Assembly (NCBI RefSeq): GCF_006345805.1 | Contig: NC_043000.1 | Location: 121,954,001 to 122,018,000, forward strand | DNA length: 64,000 nucleotides | Direction: 5' to 3' | From: Octopus sinensis | Lineage: Eukaryota | Shown here: one piece after another, positions 1-12,595 of the stretch | Layout of the letters: every line of letters begins with the position of its first letter | How positions within the stretch are numbered: position 1 is the first letter of the stretch | Notes under the pieces: generated by a model | Told to the model about the DNA's origin: nothing | Seen by the model: the letters and a program-made list of their open reading frames with translations, nothing else | Database searches by the model: none | Translations under genes and position numbers: made by a program

Positions 1-71
1 TTAATGCCTTACGTGTTACTGGTTTAGGAAGACAATATCTTCTCAACATATGTCCTGGAAACTGAATATAT

Positions 72-290
72 TTTATTCTTTATTGCCCACAAGGGGCTAA
101 ACATAGAGGGGATAAACAAGGGCAGACAAAAGAATTGAGTCGATTACAACCGGTACTTATTTTTATTGACCCCGAAAGGATGAAAGGCAAAGTCGACCTC
201 GGTGGATTTTGAGCTCGGAACGTAACAGCAGAGGAAATACCGCTAATCATCTCGCCCGGCGTCCTAAAGTTTCTGCTAGCTCGCCACCTT
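72..290 (-). mobile_element. tRNA-derived SINE, family A
   Basis: Reverse complement of the recurrent unit AAGGCGGCGAGCTGGCAGAA...GAGTTCAAATTCCGCCGAGGTCGACTTTGCCTTTCATCCTTTCGGGGTCG...GTAGTAAAGAAATA, seen about 15 times in the window; A/B-box-like motifs. Confidence 0.85.
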
Positions 291-1559
291 GTCTGCTTTG
301 AATATATTGATTAGAAAATTCACTCAGATGCAAATTCCATAGATGCAAAATCCCAAACATTTCATTGTATCACTTACGATAAAAAGTCAAAATGAATGTA
401 TTTTGAGTTCTTCATTGGTCAGTTCAAGGCAAATATTTTCAATTGATAGAACACCAACAAATAATTTTATTCTTGATGAAACGGGTTGTATCGTGGCATT
501 AGATAGTCAACTACGCTTGGAATTTGCCAATTAAGTGATATCAGGTGAGAACATGCGTTTACTAACGCTTCTGATTACGGTGAAGCAACGATTGTATAAA
601 TATTAGATTACAATGGTCGATAAACATCGAGGTCAGATGAAAATTCTTCCTGTAGTAAGTATGTGGCTATATTTAGAACATTTGTTTAGGAAGTGGTTCG
701 CGGAGGGAGCAATTTCTCTATGGACAATCACGAGGTTTGTTCACACAGTAGCTGCGGCGTACGGGCTAAAGTGCGATATGCTACATTTCGCGCAGTATTA
801 GCGGTCAACGTATAGCAATTTATAACTTGAGGTTCATTAAGGGGACATCTGCGAGAATACAACAATATCAGACGCGCTTTCTGCTGATGGACATTGCAGT
901 GGTTCGCAATCGAATAATGAGCAATTATGAATGCCCTGTGAGCAAGGGTGGATCATCTCAAAATTGTCCCACGTGACAATGCAATATTTATTATCTTGAT
1001 GTGCAGAGAGCAGGGTATTACAGTTTCTCTTGGTCCTACACGAAAATAATTGCATGATTTCACATTTTCTTTAATGATTTTTTTTAACTGTTTGGTCCAT
1101 ATGGTTTTCAACATCACATTGAGTTGTGCGCGAGTAGCTTTTTAGATAATGTATGAGAGTAGACATGCGGTAGTTGGTAGGGTTTCGGCAGTTAGCTGTT
1201 GCATTGATACACTTCTATTGTTTTACCGTTCTATACTGGAAGCCATTTTTTGCAGCACGAACCTCACAATATCCAACTCTTAAACGTTTAGATGATGACT
1301 GGACTGTAGTGCACATGTGTATTTAGGAAGTACAGTTTAAGTAGGGACAAGAAGCTTCTAATTATATCTGTGGACTAAGATCATATAGATTAGGGAAACA
1401 AATTAACTCTCCCTTCCTAATCCTGTTTAAGTTAGAGTGATTCTCCATCCATGTATTCTAACTCATCTTTAAATTTAGTGCCATAATATAAAAGCGTGCT
1501 AACTTGCTAGCATTTAACTCTGCCGATGAATTACTTTGCGTGAAGTAATTATATTTATA

Positions 1560-1960
1560 GCAAGTACAATCTAGAATTTAATTTTACGCGCACTCGCATA
1601 AGTTTAGAGAATTTATATATAGTTCTCTACAAGGAATGACCAAGTTAAAAATCTACTGGATCTCACTCATAAAGGAATCTTACATTGCTTATAAACTCTA
1701 TATTTGGAAGGACTAATTTTAAACTCTGTTGGACTTTTGGACTTTACTCATAGGATATTGGAATACTGCATGTATACCATTATGCCTATAAAACGGATTT
1801 ATGAACTCAATACCCATACATATCTTAAATCTACTTTCTTTCTATTTTGTATCACAACTAAACTATGACTTAAACATCCTCACACACCGTCTCCGACGAT
1901 GGGATACTACTAATTAATATCCTAGAAACAGCTGTAAGACATTCTATCTATAAATGCTCT
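1560..1960 (+). mobile_element. Penelope-like element 3' remnant (end of ORF plus pLTR)
   Basis: LIKESYI-like translation near 1666-1690 resembles the C-terminal end of PLE GIY-YIG domains; followed by a hammerhead-like motif. Confidence 0.4.
1889..1940 (+). ncRNA. Type I hammerhead ribozyme-like motif (core U4C variant)
   Basis: GTCT-CCGACGA-TGGGATA(ctactaattaa)TATCCTA-GAAAC-AGCT-GTA-AGAC: 4-bp stem I, 7-bp stem II, palindromic stem III, GUA site; one core mismatch. Confidence 0.7.
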
Positions 1961-2140
1961 AATAGCTATACAGCCTTGCTTTTATCTTATTACGCAAAAA
2001 TTCTGACATAGCACCAGCGTTGAATCCTTTATTCGCAATATTACCGAATCTGGAACTTAGCTATGGTCTGTCTATAGCACACTTATTCAGCATTACCTGA
2101 CACCTCCGGGTCTCAATGACACCATTATCTCTTATGTATG

Positions 2141-2199
<59 letters not shown>

Positions 2200-2214
2200 A
2201 CATATACATATAAA

Positions 2215-2373
2215 TTTGACGGGCTTGTTTCAGTTTCCGTCTACCAAATCCACTCACAAGGCTTTGGTTGGCCCGGGGCTACGGTAGAAGACACTTGCCC
2301 AAGGTGCCACGCAGTGGAACTGAACCCGGAACCATGTGGTTGGTAAGCAAGCTACTTACCACATACCCACTCC
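2215..2373 (-). mobile_element. tRNA-derived SINE family B, 5' half (CORE-like)
   Basis: Reverse complement of GGTTCCGGGTTCAGTTCCACTGCGTGGCACCTTGGGCAAGTGTCTTCTAC...GATTTGGTAGACGGAAACTGAAAC; abuts a (TA)n(TG)n tract. Confidence 0.85.
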
Positions 2374-2734
2374 TAGGCCCTTTTGTCAAGGAATTTTTGC
2401 TGAAATTTGACCCATAGTAATTGAGGTTGCTAGCAGAAAATCTGGATACATTGTGCTGATAAGCAATCAGAACCCTTTCCTCTGTTGGATTCCAAGTCAA
2501 CTTTTTCGTGTACTAATGCATAATTTCATAAATTTTCAATTTTCAAACTGTTAACTGTAATGTGGGGTAAAATCAGTAATGATTTATTTCAAATATTTAT
2601 TTTCTTTAAAAGCATGGTGCTTGAATATATCTAGGAAAATTTAACTCCAGCAAACAACGATGATGCTACAGGGAGTGTTTATGTTGAATTCTGGTATTTA
2701 GTCGAGTTACTTTACGTTTGGATCATGAGCAAAA

Positions 2735-2808
2735 GGCTATAGTAGAAGTTACCTAATCAAGGAAACACGTGGTTAGTAAACAAGCTACTTACCACACAGC
2801 CACACATG
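2735..2808 (-). mobile_element. SINE family B, internally deleted fragment
   Basis: GGCTATAGTAGAAG...ACGTGGTTAGTAAACAAGCTACTTACCACACAGCC matches the family B head. Confidence 0.6.
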
Positions 2809-2820
2809 AGCATGTATATG

Positions 2821-2868
<48 letters not shown>

Positions 2869-3497
2869 GCTGTGTGTGTGTGTGTGTAAGTATATATGTG
2901 TTTGTGCTGTGTGTGTACGTGTGAGTGTGTGTGAATAATATATGTTATGGATGTGTGTGTGTTTCTTTTGATAGTTGGATGTCAGTTGGAAGCCAAAAAT
3001 GATACATCAAGCTTGGTAATGAGAACGGTCGCATTAGATGAGTAAGGATTCGCTCTAATCTTAATAATATCTGACTCCAATGTAATCTATATTAGAACGC
3101 TTTCCATCTCATTAATCTAATCTTCTATCACACGTTTTGCCGTCTGCTGGCTTCTTTATTACAGAGATGACATGTTAAATTAAATTATTCTGTTTGAGTT
3201 TGCTGAGGACCTAGAAGCAATCAACTGTTCTTCGAGGCGCTTTGAGTCTCGAAGCGTGTATATTCAGAATTTCACTGATTATGCAGATACGTTCAACTTG
3301 TATCATTATATTTATTCTGTTCAAGTAAATATGCGACATTTTTCAGTGAACCTGTATTTGTATTGTGCTTGAAGAGAATGGGGGGAGTAAATTTTTATTC
3401 AGGTTCCTATTAAGTAACGTCCCCAGTAAGACATTTCCCAACTCGCTTTTATCAACTCCTTTTTACAGCGCGTTATATGTATTAATATTTTAATGGT

Positions 3498-3558
3498 GAA
3501 GGCGCGTGACTTAATGGTTAGGGCATTCGGCTCACGATTGTAAGGACGTGAGTTCAAT
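3498..3558 (+). mobile_element. tRNA-derived SINE family C head fragment
   Basis: GAAGGCGCGTGACTTAATGGTTAGGG...GTGAGTTCAATT, with A and B boxes. Confidence 0.55.
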
Positions 3559-3663
3559 TGGACTCATAGCAGAGTCCTTGAGTAACACCGACATTTTTCA
3601 TCAGAGCCTCAAACATGCAGTGCAGTTTATGTGCTTAAGTGTATTTGTTTTACCATCTTTGAT

Positions 3664-3742
3664 GCTCTGATGAAACTGTAAGGTTTTAATCAAGCACTCA
3701 AATATGAGTCTACTGAATCTAATAGTGGAAACAGTTGTAAGC
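3664..3742 (+). ncRNA. Degenerate type I hammerhead-like motif with long stem II insert
   Basis: GCT-CTGATGA-AACTGT...(42 nt)...ATAGTG-GAAAC-AGTT-GTA-AGC; intact core, only 3-bp stem I, mismatched closing pair of stem II. Confidence 0.4.
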
Positions 3743-3761
3743 TAGTGAAGTTGTTGTAGTT

Positions 3762-3850
3762 CCTTCTCGAGACATGCCTGGCTCATAAGGGCCGGTTTCT
3801 CGGTTTCATTGGCGTATAGGTTCCTAACCTGGACGGGACAACTGTCCGTT
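3762..3850 (-). mobile_element. SINE family C 3' tail fragment
   Basis: CTTCTCGAG...CCGGTTTCTCGGTTTCATTGGCGTATAGG matches the tails at 6221-6256 and 46490-46530. Confidence 0.55.
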
Positions 3851-3913
3851 ACAAAGCCAGTGAAGTACATAAGGTAATCGTGTATTCAACTGTTATCCCT
3901 TTTTTGATGTATA

Positions 3914-4731
3914 CGAGGTCAGATCAATAAGTTCCCAGACTGTGGCTATAGTAACGAAGCTAAAGCATGCATCTTGAGGCTGCTTGGCACAGATTGAACT
4001 TGAACTCTGCTGTGCATGAGCTCTAAGTGTTAATGTTCTAGCTCACTTCCGCTGTTTACAAAAGTGCTTGGAAGAAAGGTGTGTAGCGTGTAATCGCCGC
4101 ATCGACCATGCAGAGAAAGGGGCTTAGGAAAAGTCGCAGAATGAGTATGATGTGGAGTGTATGAACCGCACACAAGTGTACGAGTAGTGTCCAAGATGGC
4201 CGAAAAATGTCGATATTGACGAACGTTCTGGGAGACCAGAAACCGGCAGAATAGAGAAATATATTGCAAATGTACGTGCAGCTGTGACGGCAAATCGTCG
4301 AATCAACGTCCCTAAGTTATCAGAGGATGTGCAGATTAGTTACAGTTCAGTTCAGTCCATTATCACTGAAGATTTGGGTATGAGACACGTGTCTGCAAAG
4401 TTTGTTTCAAAACCGCTTTCAGCTGACCAAAAAGATACTCGGGTTTCAATTGCACAATTTTTCCTAGATGGTGTCGAGAACTATGAAAACTTTGCGTAGG
4501 CTTCTGAGCAGGTATCACCGAGCTTCTGGTAAAATTTGATGCAGATTCTCTGCTTAACTTTCTCTCTTATGGTCAATGAGACGATCACATGCTGCACACC
4601 TTCCTAGAACATTCAGAATTTGTGCGCATGCACAACAGAGTTCAAGGTCAATCTGTGCCAAGCAGTTTTACTTTCCGTGCTTTAGTTTCGTTACTACATC
4701 AACAGTTCGGATACTTACTGATCAGACCACG
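3914..4731. mobile_element. Non-autonomous mariner (Tc1/mariner) derivative built from two inverted left ends
   Basis: TA-flanked TIR-like ends (TA|CGAGGTCAGATCAATAAG... and ...CTGATCAGACCACG|TA); plus-strand transposase N-terminal HTH remnant (DERSGRP...RRINVPKLSEDVQISYSSVQSIITEDLGMRHVSAKFV); the right about 230 bp is a diverged inverted copy of the left end encoding QRICIKFYQKLGDTCSEA. Confidence 0.85.
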
Positions 4732-4780
<49 letters not shown>

Positions 4781-4789
<9 letters not shown>

Positions 4790-5142
4790 CTGAATTTGTC
4801 TGTGTATGGTAGGTTTGGTAGCCTTCAACTAAGACTCCTCCGAGTTGACCAAAATTGAGAGTACGATAGAAGAAAGCTAGCTCTTCCTTCCGTCGAAGAA
4901 CACATTCAAATCGGATCATGTTAACACCAAAAATTATTTACATCAGAAGGGTGATTTTTTTCTATGAAAATCCCTATTTTTTATGATTTTTTGACTGCTG
5001 TATTGCCATTTTACGGTGTATTTCATCCAGAAAAATGTTCTCTTAAAGAGAATAACCGGCTACATAAGGCAAAATGTTTACTTTTCAAAAATTCCAATTC
5101 TAAAGGGTCGAAACAAACCCGAGCCACTCCGGGCGATACTGC

Positions 5143-5145
<3 letters not shown>
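4781..5145 (+). mobile_element. Non-autonomous Helitron-like element
   Basis: 3' hairpin CCCGAGCCACTCCGGG followed by CGATACTG-CTAC|T (CTAG variant); embedded in (TA)n on both sides. Confidence 0.6.
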
Positions 5146-5208
<63 letters not shown>

Positions 5209-6220
5209 CGAAATTACTCAGCAGAATATTGAATCAGAGAAAATATCTACTATTTTATTGTATGTTATATCAGACAAAACGGAAATTCAGAATTTTGTGG
5301 ATAACTATTGAATTAAATACCAAGTAGAAACATATCTAAATATATATTGTTCCAAACATAAATCAATGTCATCGATTTGTAAATATTTTCTTCACTTATA
5401 TAACAGATATTCTATATGACATCTGTTCTTAATTAAGGTGAACTAATAATTTATGATCTAAATTATTTCGGTTATATATTAAAGCTATTATATGTCTGGA
5501 CTGAAATATATATGCGACAATTGTCGCAAGATATTGGCAGTAGAATGACATATCTGCGTCCGGAATATTTCATATTAATTAATTCTTGAATTTGGAATGT
5601 AATTACATACAAGAGCAGCCAACTTCAAAATGTCTGTCTGAACATTAAACGACATACATATTTGACAACGATGAACCAGTAAATTCAAAATAGAGAAGGA
5701 GAACCGCACAAGTGTGGTGCACAAATTTTACGAAAGGTTACTAAGATGGTACATGTCAGAAATTCAATGCGAAACAGAATTTCATTAAATAATAAATTGA
5801 GAAGGGGAGACAGGTAGACACTGTTTTTGCGTGAACCTGTTTCAATTTTCGCGTGAACCTGTTCCAGTTCACGAAACAGTCGCAGAGAACAGCTCTGGGA
5901 AATAATCTTAGGTGTAATTTATAGAATCTGAGAAGAATTGTTCTGCAATTTCTTGGTGAAGAAGCAGCACAGATGATTTGTTTATAGTGATCACATGTTA
6001 TTGTTGCACATCAGTTCACTCCCTCCATCAATTGACATTACCTGTGCAGGTACAACACATTTAAATGTCGAAGAGGAATGTTAGATGAAATGTTTTGCAC
6101 AAAAAAAAAAACGCACCAACGAGGCCTGAAATCGGACCCACGATCTGGCGATCACGAGTGCTTTACTTTTCCTACTAGGTTATGCGCTCTCCTTTTGGAA
6201 GTAATCACTGTTGTTTGTTC

Positions 6221-6468
6221 CTTCTCGAGCTACGCTCGGTTTCCTTGGCGTATAGGTTCCCCAGCTGGGCGGGAAGCAAAATGTAGGATGAAAGAGTGAG
6301 AGAAAGTTGTCGCGAAAGAGTCTGCAGAAGTTCGCCATTACCCTCTGAAGGAGCTGAGTAGAGCTTAGGTGTTTCGCTCATAAACACATACATCGGCCGG
6401 TCTGAGGTTCGAACCCGCGATCCCTCAACCACGAGTCCGCTGCTATAACCACTAGGTCATGTGCCTCC
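6221..6468 (-). mobile_element. tRNA-derived SINE family C
   Basis: Minus strand GGAGGCACATGACCTAGTGG...GGGTTCGAACC (A/B boxes); body shared with 34908, 37520 and 46490. Confidence 0.85.
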
Positions 6469-7154
6469 ACGAAAGTAATCGTACTGACTATTAAAATACG
6501 TAACATTCTTTATTATTTAAACAGGACCTACATGTAAATCATTGGACAAAACTCATTTAAACATTTGTAGGACAGATCATATAAGATTTGTTAACAACTT
6601 TTGTTCAAGATATTTTCTAGCTGAACATTTAGATTGGCGTTACATATTAATTATTTTAATAGTTTCAGGCTACTGTCGTTTGACAATACTTTACAAATCA
6701 ATAGCATTACCAATGATGAACAGATAAAATGCTTAAAATATATTCGAGACAAATTTATCAGCTGAAAAATAATTTGAAAAAATGTTTTATGTTGGGTTTT
6801 GTTTTTTTGTCCATAACGGAATATGAATTAATAATAACAAAGAATTCTCTTACTTATATATCAGATAATGCGACTTGTTTTTTTTTTTATCGTTCTATCT
6901 TAAAATAAAATAATCTAAGATCTCCTTTTAGTGCTAACTATCATCGAGAGCTATGCATTTATATTTTTATCTCTACCCAAAACACAGACGTCCGTGTGTC
7001 CGCCTAACGTAGCATAGACTGGTAAGGCGAGTTTCCATGTCTTCTAGTCGTATGAGACTTCGCATGATTATGTGTGTGAATGTGTTTATATATATATATA
7101 TGTCTGAGCCTTAGTGTACGTGCTAAAGGAATCGTTTCTTTTACTTTCTGTTTT

Positions 7155-7417
7155 TCTTTTACTTGTTTCAGTCATTTGACTGCGGCCATGCTGGAGCACC
7201 GCCTTTAGTCCGTGGAAATCGACCCCAGGACCTATTCTTTGTAAGCCTAGTACTTATGCTATCGGTCTATTTTGCCGAACCGCTAAGTTACGGGGACGTA
7301 AACACACCAGCATCGGTTGTCAAGCGATTTTGGGGACACACACACAGACACACAAATATATACACACACACACACACACACATATATATACACACACACA
7401 CACACACACATATATAT

Positions 7418-7453
<36 letters not shown>

Positions 7454-7645
7454 TATATATATATATAATATATATATATACATATGTACGGCGGGCTTCT
7501 TTCAGTTTTCGTCTACCAAATCCACTCACAAGTCTTTGGTGGGCCCGGAGCTATAGCAGAAGACACTTGCCCGAGGTACCACGCAGTGGGTCTGAACCCG
7601 GAAACCATGTGGTTGGTAAGCAAATTACTTACCACACAGCCACTC
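7155..7645 (-). mobile_element. Full composite SINE B/D with internal (TA)n(TG)n microsatellite
   Basis: Family B head, then microsatellite, then family D half ending GGCGGTGCTCCAGCATGGCCGCAGTCAAATGACTGAAACAAGTAAAAG. Confidence 0.9.
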
Positions 7646-8015
7646 TTACGTGAAATCGTTTAGTGAAATCATTTAGTTATTTTACTGAAAATTAGTCACT
7701 GAAGTATCGATAAGTGTGTGTATTGTTATATCTAAGTTAATATACGTGTTTGCTGGGGCGGTTTACGTGTCAGAAATGTAGATGTTACAATGAATATAAA
7801 AATATGTTTAATTCTAAATTCTACATCAGAATGCTACTATATCCATTTATCTATATCCATTCGCCTCGCTACTTTACTTCAATTCAGTTATGTTATTTTA
7901 ACGCGTCATTCAATTCCCATCATTATTTTTTCATCAAATTCCCTGCGCGATGTTGGCCGGCTGGGGCTTTACGGCCAGGACAGTCAAAAGCTATCACACT
8001 GTTGTTTGCTTGCAG

Positions 8016-8021
8016 TTCCAG
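8016..8021 (+). CDS. Candidate 6-nt microexon (TTCCAG), or the 3' end of a longer exon
   Basis: Acceptor-like CACTGTTGTTTGCTTGCAG and strong donor CAG|GTATGT in a locally GC-richer non-repeat patch; splice signals only. Confidence 0.15.
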
Positions 8022-8234
8022 GTATGTCCTCTAACGTTCGTGAATACACAGGTTTACTGCGGGCAATAGCTTGGGACGGGGCATCCGATCGAAGTGGACG
8101 GTGGGGTAGACTCACTGGTGGGAAGATAAGAAAGTGCAGATGTTATACATGTACACATGCACAAAAGGACACTCACCTGTGAACACACCCATATACACGG
8201 ATACACGCATGTACAAACTGTTACAAATACTCGA

Positions 8235-8239
<5 letters not shown>

Positions 8240-8274
<35 letters not shown>

Positions 8275-8281
8275 ATATGTA

Positions 8282-8312
<31 letters not shown>

Positions 8313-8387
8313 ATATATATATGTATATGTACGTATATATATATATATATATGTACGTACTATATATATATATATATATACGTATAT

Positions 8388-8428
<41 letters not shown>

Positions 8429-8546
8429 ATGTATATATATATATATATATGCATATATTTATATATGTATATATATGTAAATGTACATATATATATATAT
8501 ATATACGTATATATATATACATATACGTATATATATATACATATAC

Positions 8547-8609
<63 letters not shown>

Positions 8610-8799
8610 GCAAGATCAAAGTCATAGACCACGTGATATACTGCATTAATTAATGCATAGAATCATATTTACGTATGTATGTATATACGTATGCGTGAAT
8701 ATATACACTGTGAACATTTCATTGTACGAATGTACGTATACTCATATATATTTATATGTATGCATAATATATACACATATATACATATATATTATATAT

Positions 8800-8833
<34 letters not shown>

Positions 8834-8970
8834 CGTGCGTGTTTGTGTGTGTGTGTTTGTATGTACCTATGTTATATGTATATATATATATATATACACC
8901 TATATATATAATAATAATTTGTATATATACATACATCTTACACACACATACACACACATACATATATATG

Positions 8971-9026
<56 letters not shown>

Positions 9027-9060
9027 TATGTATATATATATAATCATAATCTATACATAT
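8240..9060. repeat. Long degenerate (TA)n/(TG)n microsatellite field
   Basis: Direct inspection. Confidence 0.95.
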
Positions 9061-9689
9061 ATATACGTTCTTACACACTCACACACATGTCTAAAGCGTT
9101 TGATATTTACATGCATATCTGTACTGTTGTATATCTCAGTGAATCGGAATGTGCGGGATTGCCTTTATGTGGTCTGTATGCGTTCGCTGAAATACAAATA
9201 CGTATACGCGTATGTATGAATTAAATATAGGTGAACGTGCGAAACAGGAAGAAAAAAACAAAACAAGACAAACGTTAATGATGATACATAAATGAATACA
9301 ACACATTCGTATCGGATGATAATGGGTAAAGTGATAAATTATTGCTTACATTGCAATTAATTAAAACTGGTGCTTCCTATATTTTACTGCTTCATATTCA
9401 CCAAAGGGAAAAGTATATCTTGAAAAAGCTGAATCTTTTATTTGCCTGTAAATACATTGTTATCGAACTGCTTTGTATTTTAACATGTGTGCATCGACGC
9501 ATGTTAGAAAATATATTGGTAAATGTTCCTTACATTGTTAAATTGAATATTTTCATTATATTTCCATTTACTCCATTTACCGGCGGCACAAAAGTTACTC
9601 TTTGAAATATATATTCTTTGGCCCTTTGGGAATTTTGCTTGACAATTGCAACAGATTTATGTTTTATATTACGTCAAAAGTATACATTT

Positions 9690-9755
<66 letters not shown>

Positions 9756-9953
9756 ACATATATCAGTACTTATAAATGTGTATGTGTGTGTGTGTTGCAC
9801 ATATACATTTGAGACAAAGACTAGTGAGATGGAGAGAGGCTGAGGGATATACAGGCATGAAAGCTATTCAGAGAGATAATAGATGTTTACGGCAATACAG
9901 ATAAATTGTAGGTTGTATTTGCATAGGTGTATATATATATATGCATGTATGTA

Positions 9954-10011
<58 letters not shown>

Positions 10012-10035
10012 TGTATGTATGTACATATATATATA

Positions 10036-10369
10036 TACTTTGATACTTTGATACTTGATAGGTTTCGGCCATTATTGGCCCAGGCCATGTCTAACTAATA
10101 GCACCACCTGGTGAAGTCTTTCAAGTCAGAATTTAGGCACTATGGCCCACTCAAGTAGAGAGTTATTGTTTACAGAGACATATCCGGGTGTAGGGGTTTA
10201 TCCGGGATTTCTTGAAGGAATCTGTCCAAAGACTTCTTGAACCTATAGGGTCAGTTTCTGTTTTAATGTGTTTTGGTGTAATGTTAAAGAGAGCGGGGCC
10301 AATTGAGGTGAAATAATTGTGCCGTATTGTTGTTATGAGATGAGAGTGCGATTTTTGTTTTGGGCGGAT
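10036..10369 (-). mobile_element. CR1-group LINE 3' fragment
   Basis: Homologous to the 3' end of the 39123-41739 LINE ([20 protein letters not shown]; GGTGGTGCTATTAGTTAGACATGGCC); ends in (TATCAAAG)-type tandem tail; flanked by (TA)n. Confidence 0.9.
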
Positions 10370-10529
10370 ATATATATATATACGTATGTATGCATATATA
10401 TATATGTAATCATATATATACATATAAACACACACAGTTATATATGTATATATACATACAAGCATATACATATGTATGTGCTTGTGTATGAATATACGTA
10501 TATAGGATATCTATCTATCTATCTATCTA

Positions 10530-10589
<60 letters not shown>

Positions 10590-11659
10590 GTGTGTGTGTG
10601 TGTGATTGTGTGGAAGAAAGGTAAAAGTATATATTTACATAAAATAGTGTAGAGCATGTGAAATATTTTTAATTTTAAACTGTACACTGCCATTCGTCTC
10701 CCTCACCCATTCATCTATATATTATTTTAATGCGGCATCCTATTCCTTTTACCCTCTTAGACCATTTTTTTTTTCAAATCTCCTATCTCGCTCATCAGTT
10801 TTATTTCCCAGCCACTTACTCCCTCTTGGTCGTTCGCTTTTCAGATACTTCTCCGCTTCAATTCCCGTAGGTCAGCCATTATAAAGATTAGTTGTCTCAT
10901 GTTAACTACAATTGATTTATTTCACCGATATTGCATTGATTTTGGGATGTTGTTTTATTGTTTTAGAGCTAATTCTTTAGTTTAAACCCATCAGGCAAAG
11001 CTTTACTAATTGTAATGTTTTACTTTCTTTTGTGCTGTGCGATGTCAATACTTTCAATGAGATAAAATCAGTTTATATCATTTTATATGATGTTTTTACA
11101 GGATGTGATATCATAAAATATTATTATACACCATGCATGCCTTCTCTGTATCAGAACGATACCATGAAATGAAATAAACATAATATATTATTTCCTGAAT
11201 ACCACATCAGAATATAGTTTATAATAAAAGGTCATCTGATAAGATATTAAAATGGCAATAAAATGTCATAGTACATTAACTGGTACAGAATGAATATCTC
11301 CTATCAGATTTTACAATAGTTTTCATTCCGCGACATAACATAATTTACAGCATTGACGGCTTTGCGTAAAAGATAGACCGATACGTTAAAATTCCACAGC
11401 ATTTCAATTGTGCGCCATGAGTGTTGTCGGAGTGAACTAAAATACATGTTATTTACTGCTGCCTACCTAATCCCAAACCGTATCGAAAACAGAACAATCG
11501 ATATTAGACATAATAAATTTGACTAAGCAAAGATTAATAAGTACACAGTGATACTTTTTCAGAAGGAGGCAGCCACACGGGGTGGGATTTCAACGAAGAA
11601 CGAAAAGTCATGGCATATTTTTAACGATTCCTCCACTCCACTGCTTTCGATAACAGTTT

Positions 11660-12395
11660 ATTCTACTATAGGCACAAGGCCTGAAATATTGAGGAAAGGA
11701 GCTAGTGAATTATAGAAGATGAAAGAAAAAGTCGGCAGGTAAAATGGCACTAAGCATTTTCCCCGATGTCCTAACTATTATAACAGCTTGCTGAAATTCA
11801 GGACTTAATATTCGTTTCTTTTCTAGGTAAAAGGGTCGAAGTTTTTGGAGATTGGGAGGAAGCATTCAATTAGATCTACCTCAGTACGCAACTAGTACTT
11901 AATTTATCGACTCCGAAAGGATGAAAGGCAAAGTCGACCTCGGCAGAATTTGAACTCAGAACATAAAGACAGGCGAAATGCCACCAAGCATTTCGCCCGG
12001 TGCGCTAACGTTTCTTATTTCTTTATTTCCCACAAGGCGCTAAACATAGAGGGGACAAACAAGGACAGACAAACGGATTAAGTCGATTACATCGACCCCA
12101 GTGCGCAACTGGTACTTAATTTATCGACTCCGAAAGATTAAAGGCAAAGTCTATCTCGGCGGAATATGAACTCAGAACGTAAAAACAGACAAAATACCTA
12201 TTTCTTTACTTCCCACAAGGGCCTAAATACGGAGGGGACAAATAAGGACAGACAAACAGATTAAGTTGATTATATCAACCCCAATGCGTAACTGGTACTT
12301 AGTTTATCGGTGGAATTAGAAATCAGAACGTAACAGCAGACGAAATACGCCTACGCATTTCTCCCGGCGTGCTAACGTTTCTGCCAGCTTGTCGT
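11660..12395 (-). mobile_element. SINE family A tandem multimer with degenerate flank
   Basis: About three head-to-tail partial units. Confidence 0.8.
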
Positions 12396-12427
12396 TTTAA
12401 TTCAAGACTTAATATTAACAAGGAAAA

Positions 12428-12595
12428 ATTGTTTAGCGACGTTTCGTCCGTCTTTACGTTCTGAGTAGAAATTCCGCCAAGCTTGACGTTGTCTTTCATC
12501 CTTTACGCACCAAATGAGCACAGGGGTCAACGTAATCGACTTACCTGCTCTACCAAAACTGCTGACCGTGAGCCAAATTTTGAAACCAATATTCA
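12428..12595 (+). mobile_element. SINE family A variant with alternative tail
   Basis: TTACGTTCTGAGTAGAAATTCCGCC...TTTCATCC...GGGGTCAACGTAATCGAC...AAATTTTGAAACC. Confidence 0.65.

Noticed and set aside
2279-2500. Minus ORF with WD/propeller-like TWNPTEERVLI
   Set aside because: Half of it lies in a SINE; the best acceptor upstream leads to stops
6400-6468. tRNA-like sequences with A/B boxes (many places)
   Set aside because: These are SINE heads: no complete cloverleaf or acceptor stem, and each continues into a SINE body
6968-7050. Short TC...CTAGT segment resembling a mini-Helitron
   Set aside because: No clear subterminal hairpin and no second copy in the window
8112-9224. Many long ORFs rich in YI/CV/HT (also at about 17.9, 19.1, 38.8, 41.7-42.6 and 43.9 kb)
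   Set aside because: Translations of (TA)n/(TG)n microsatellites that happen to lack stop codons
11330-11450. Minus-strand frame with LKCCG (tetraspanin-like)
   Set aside because: Surrounding residues do not fit the tetraspanin EC2 pattern; weak donor
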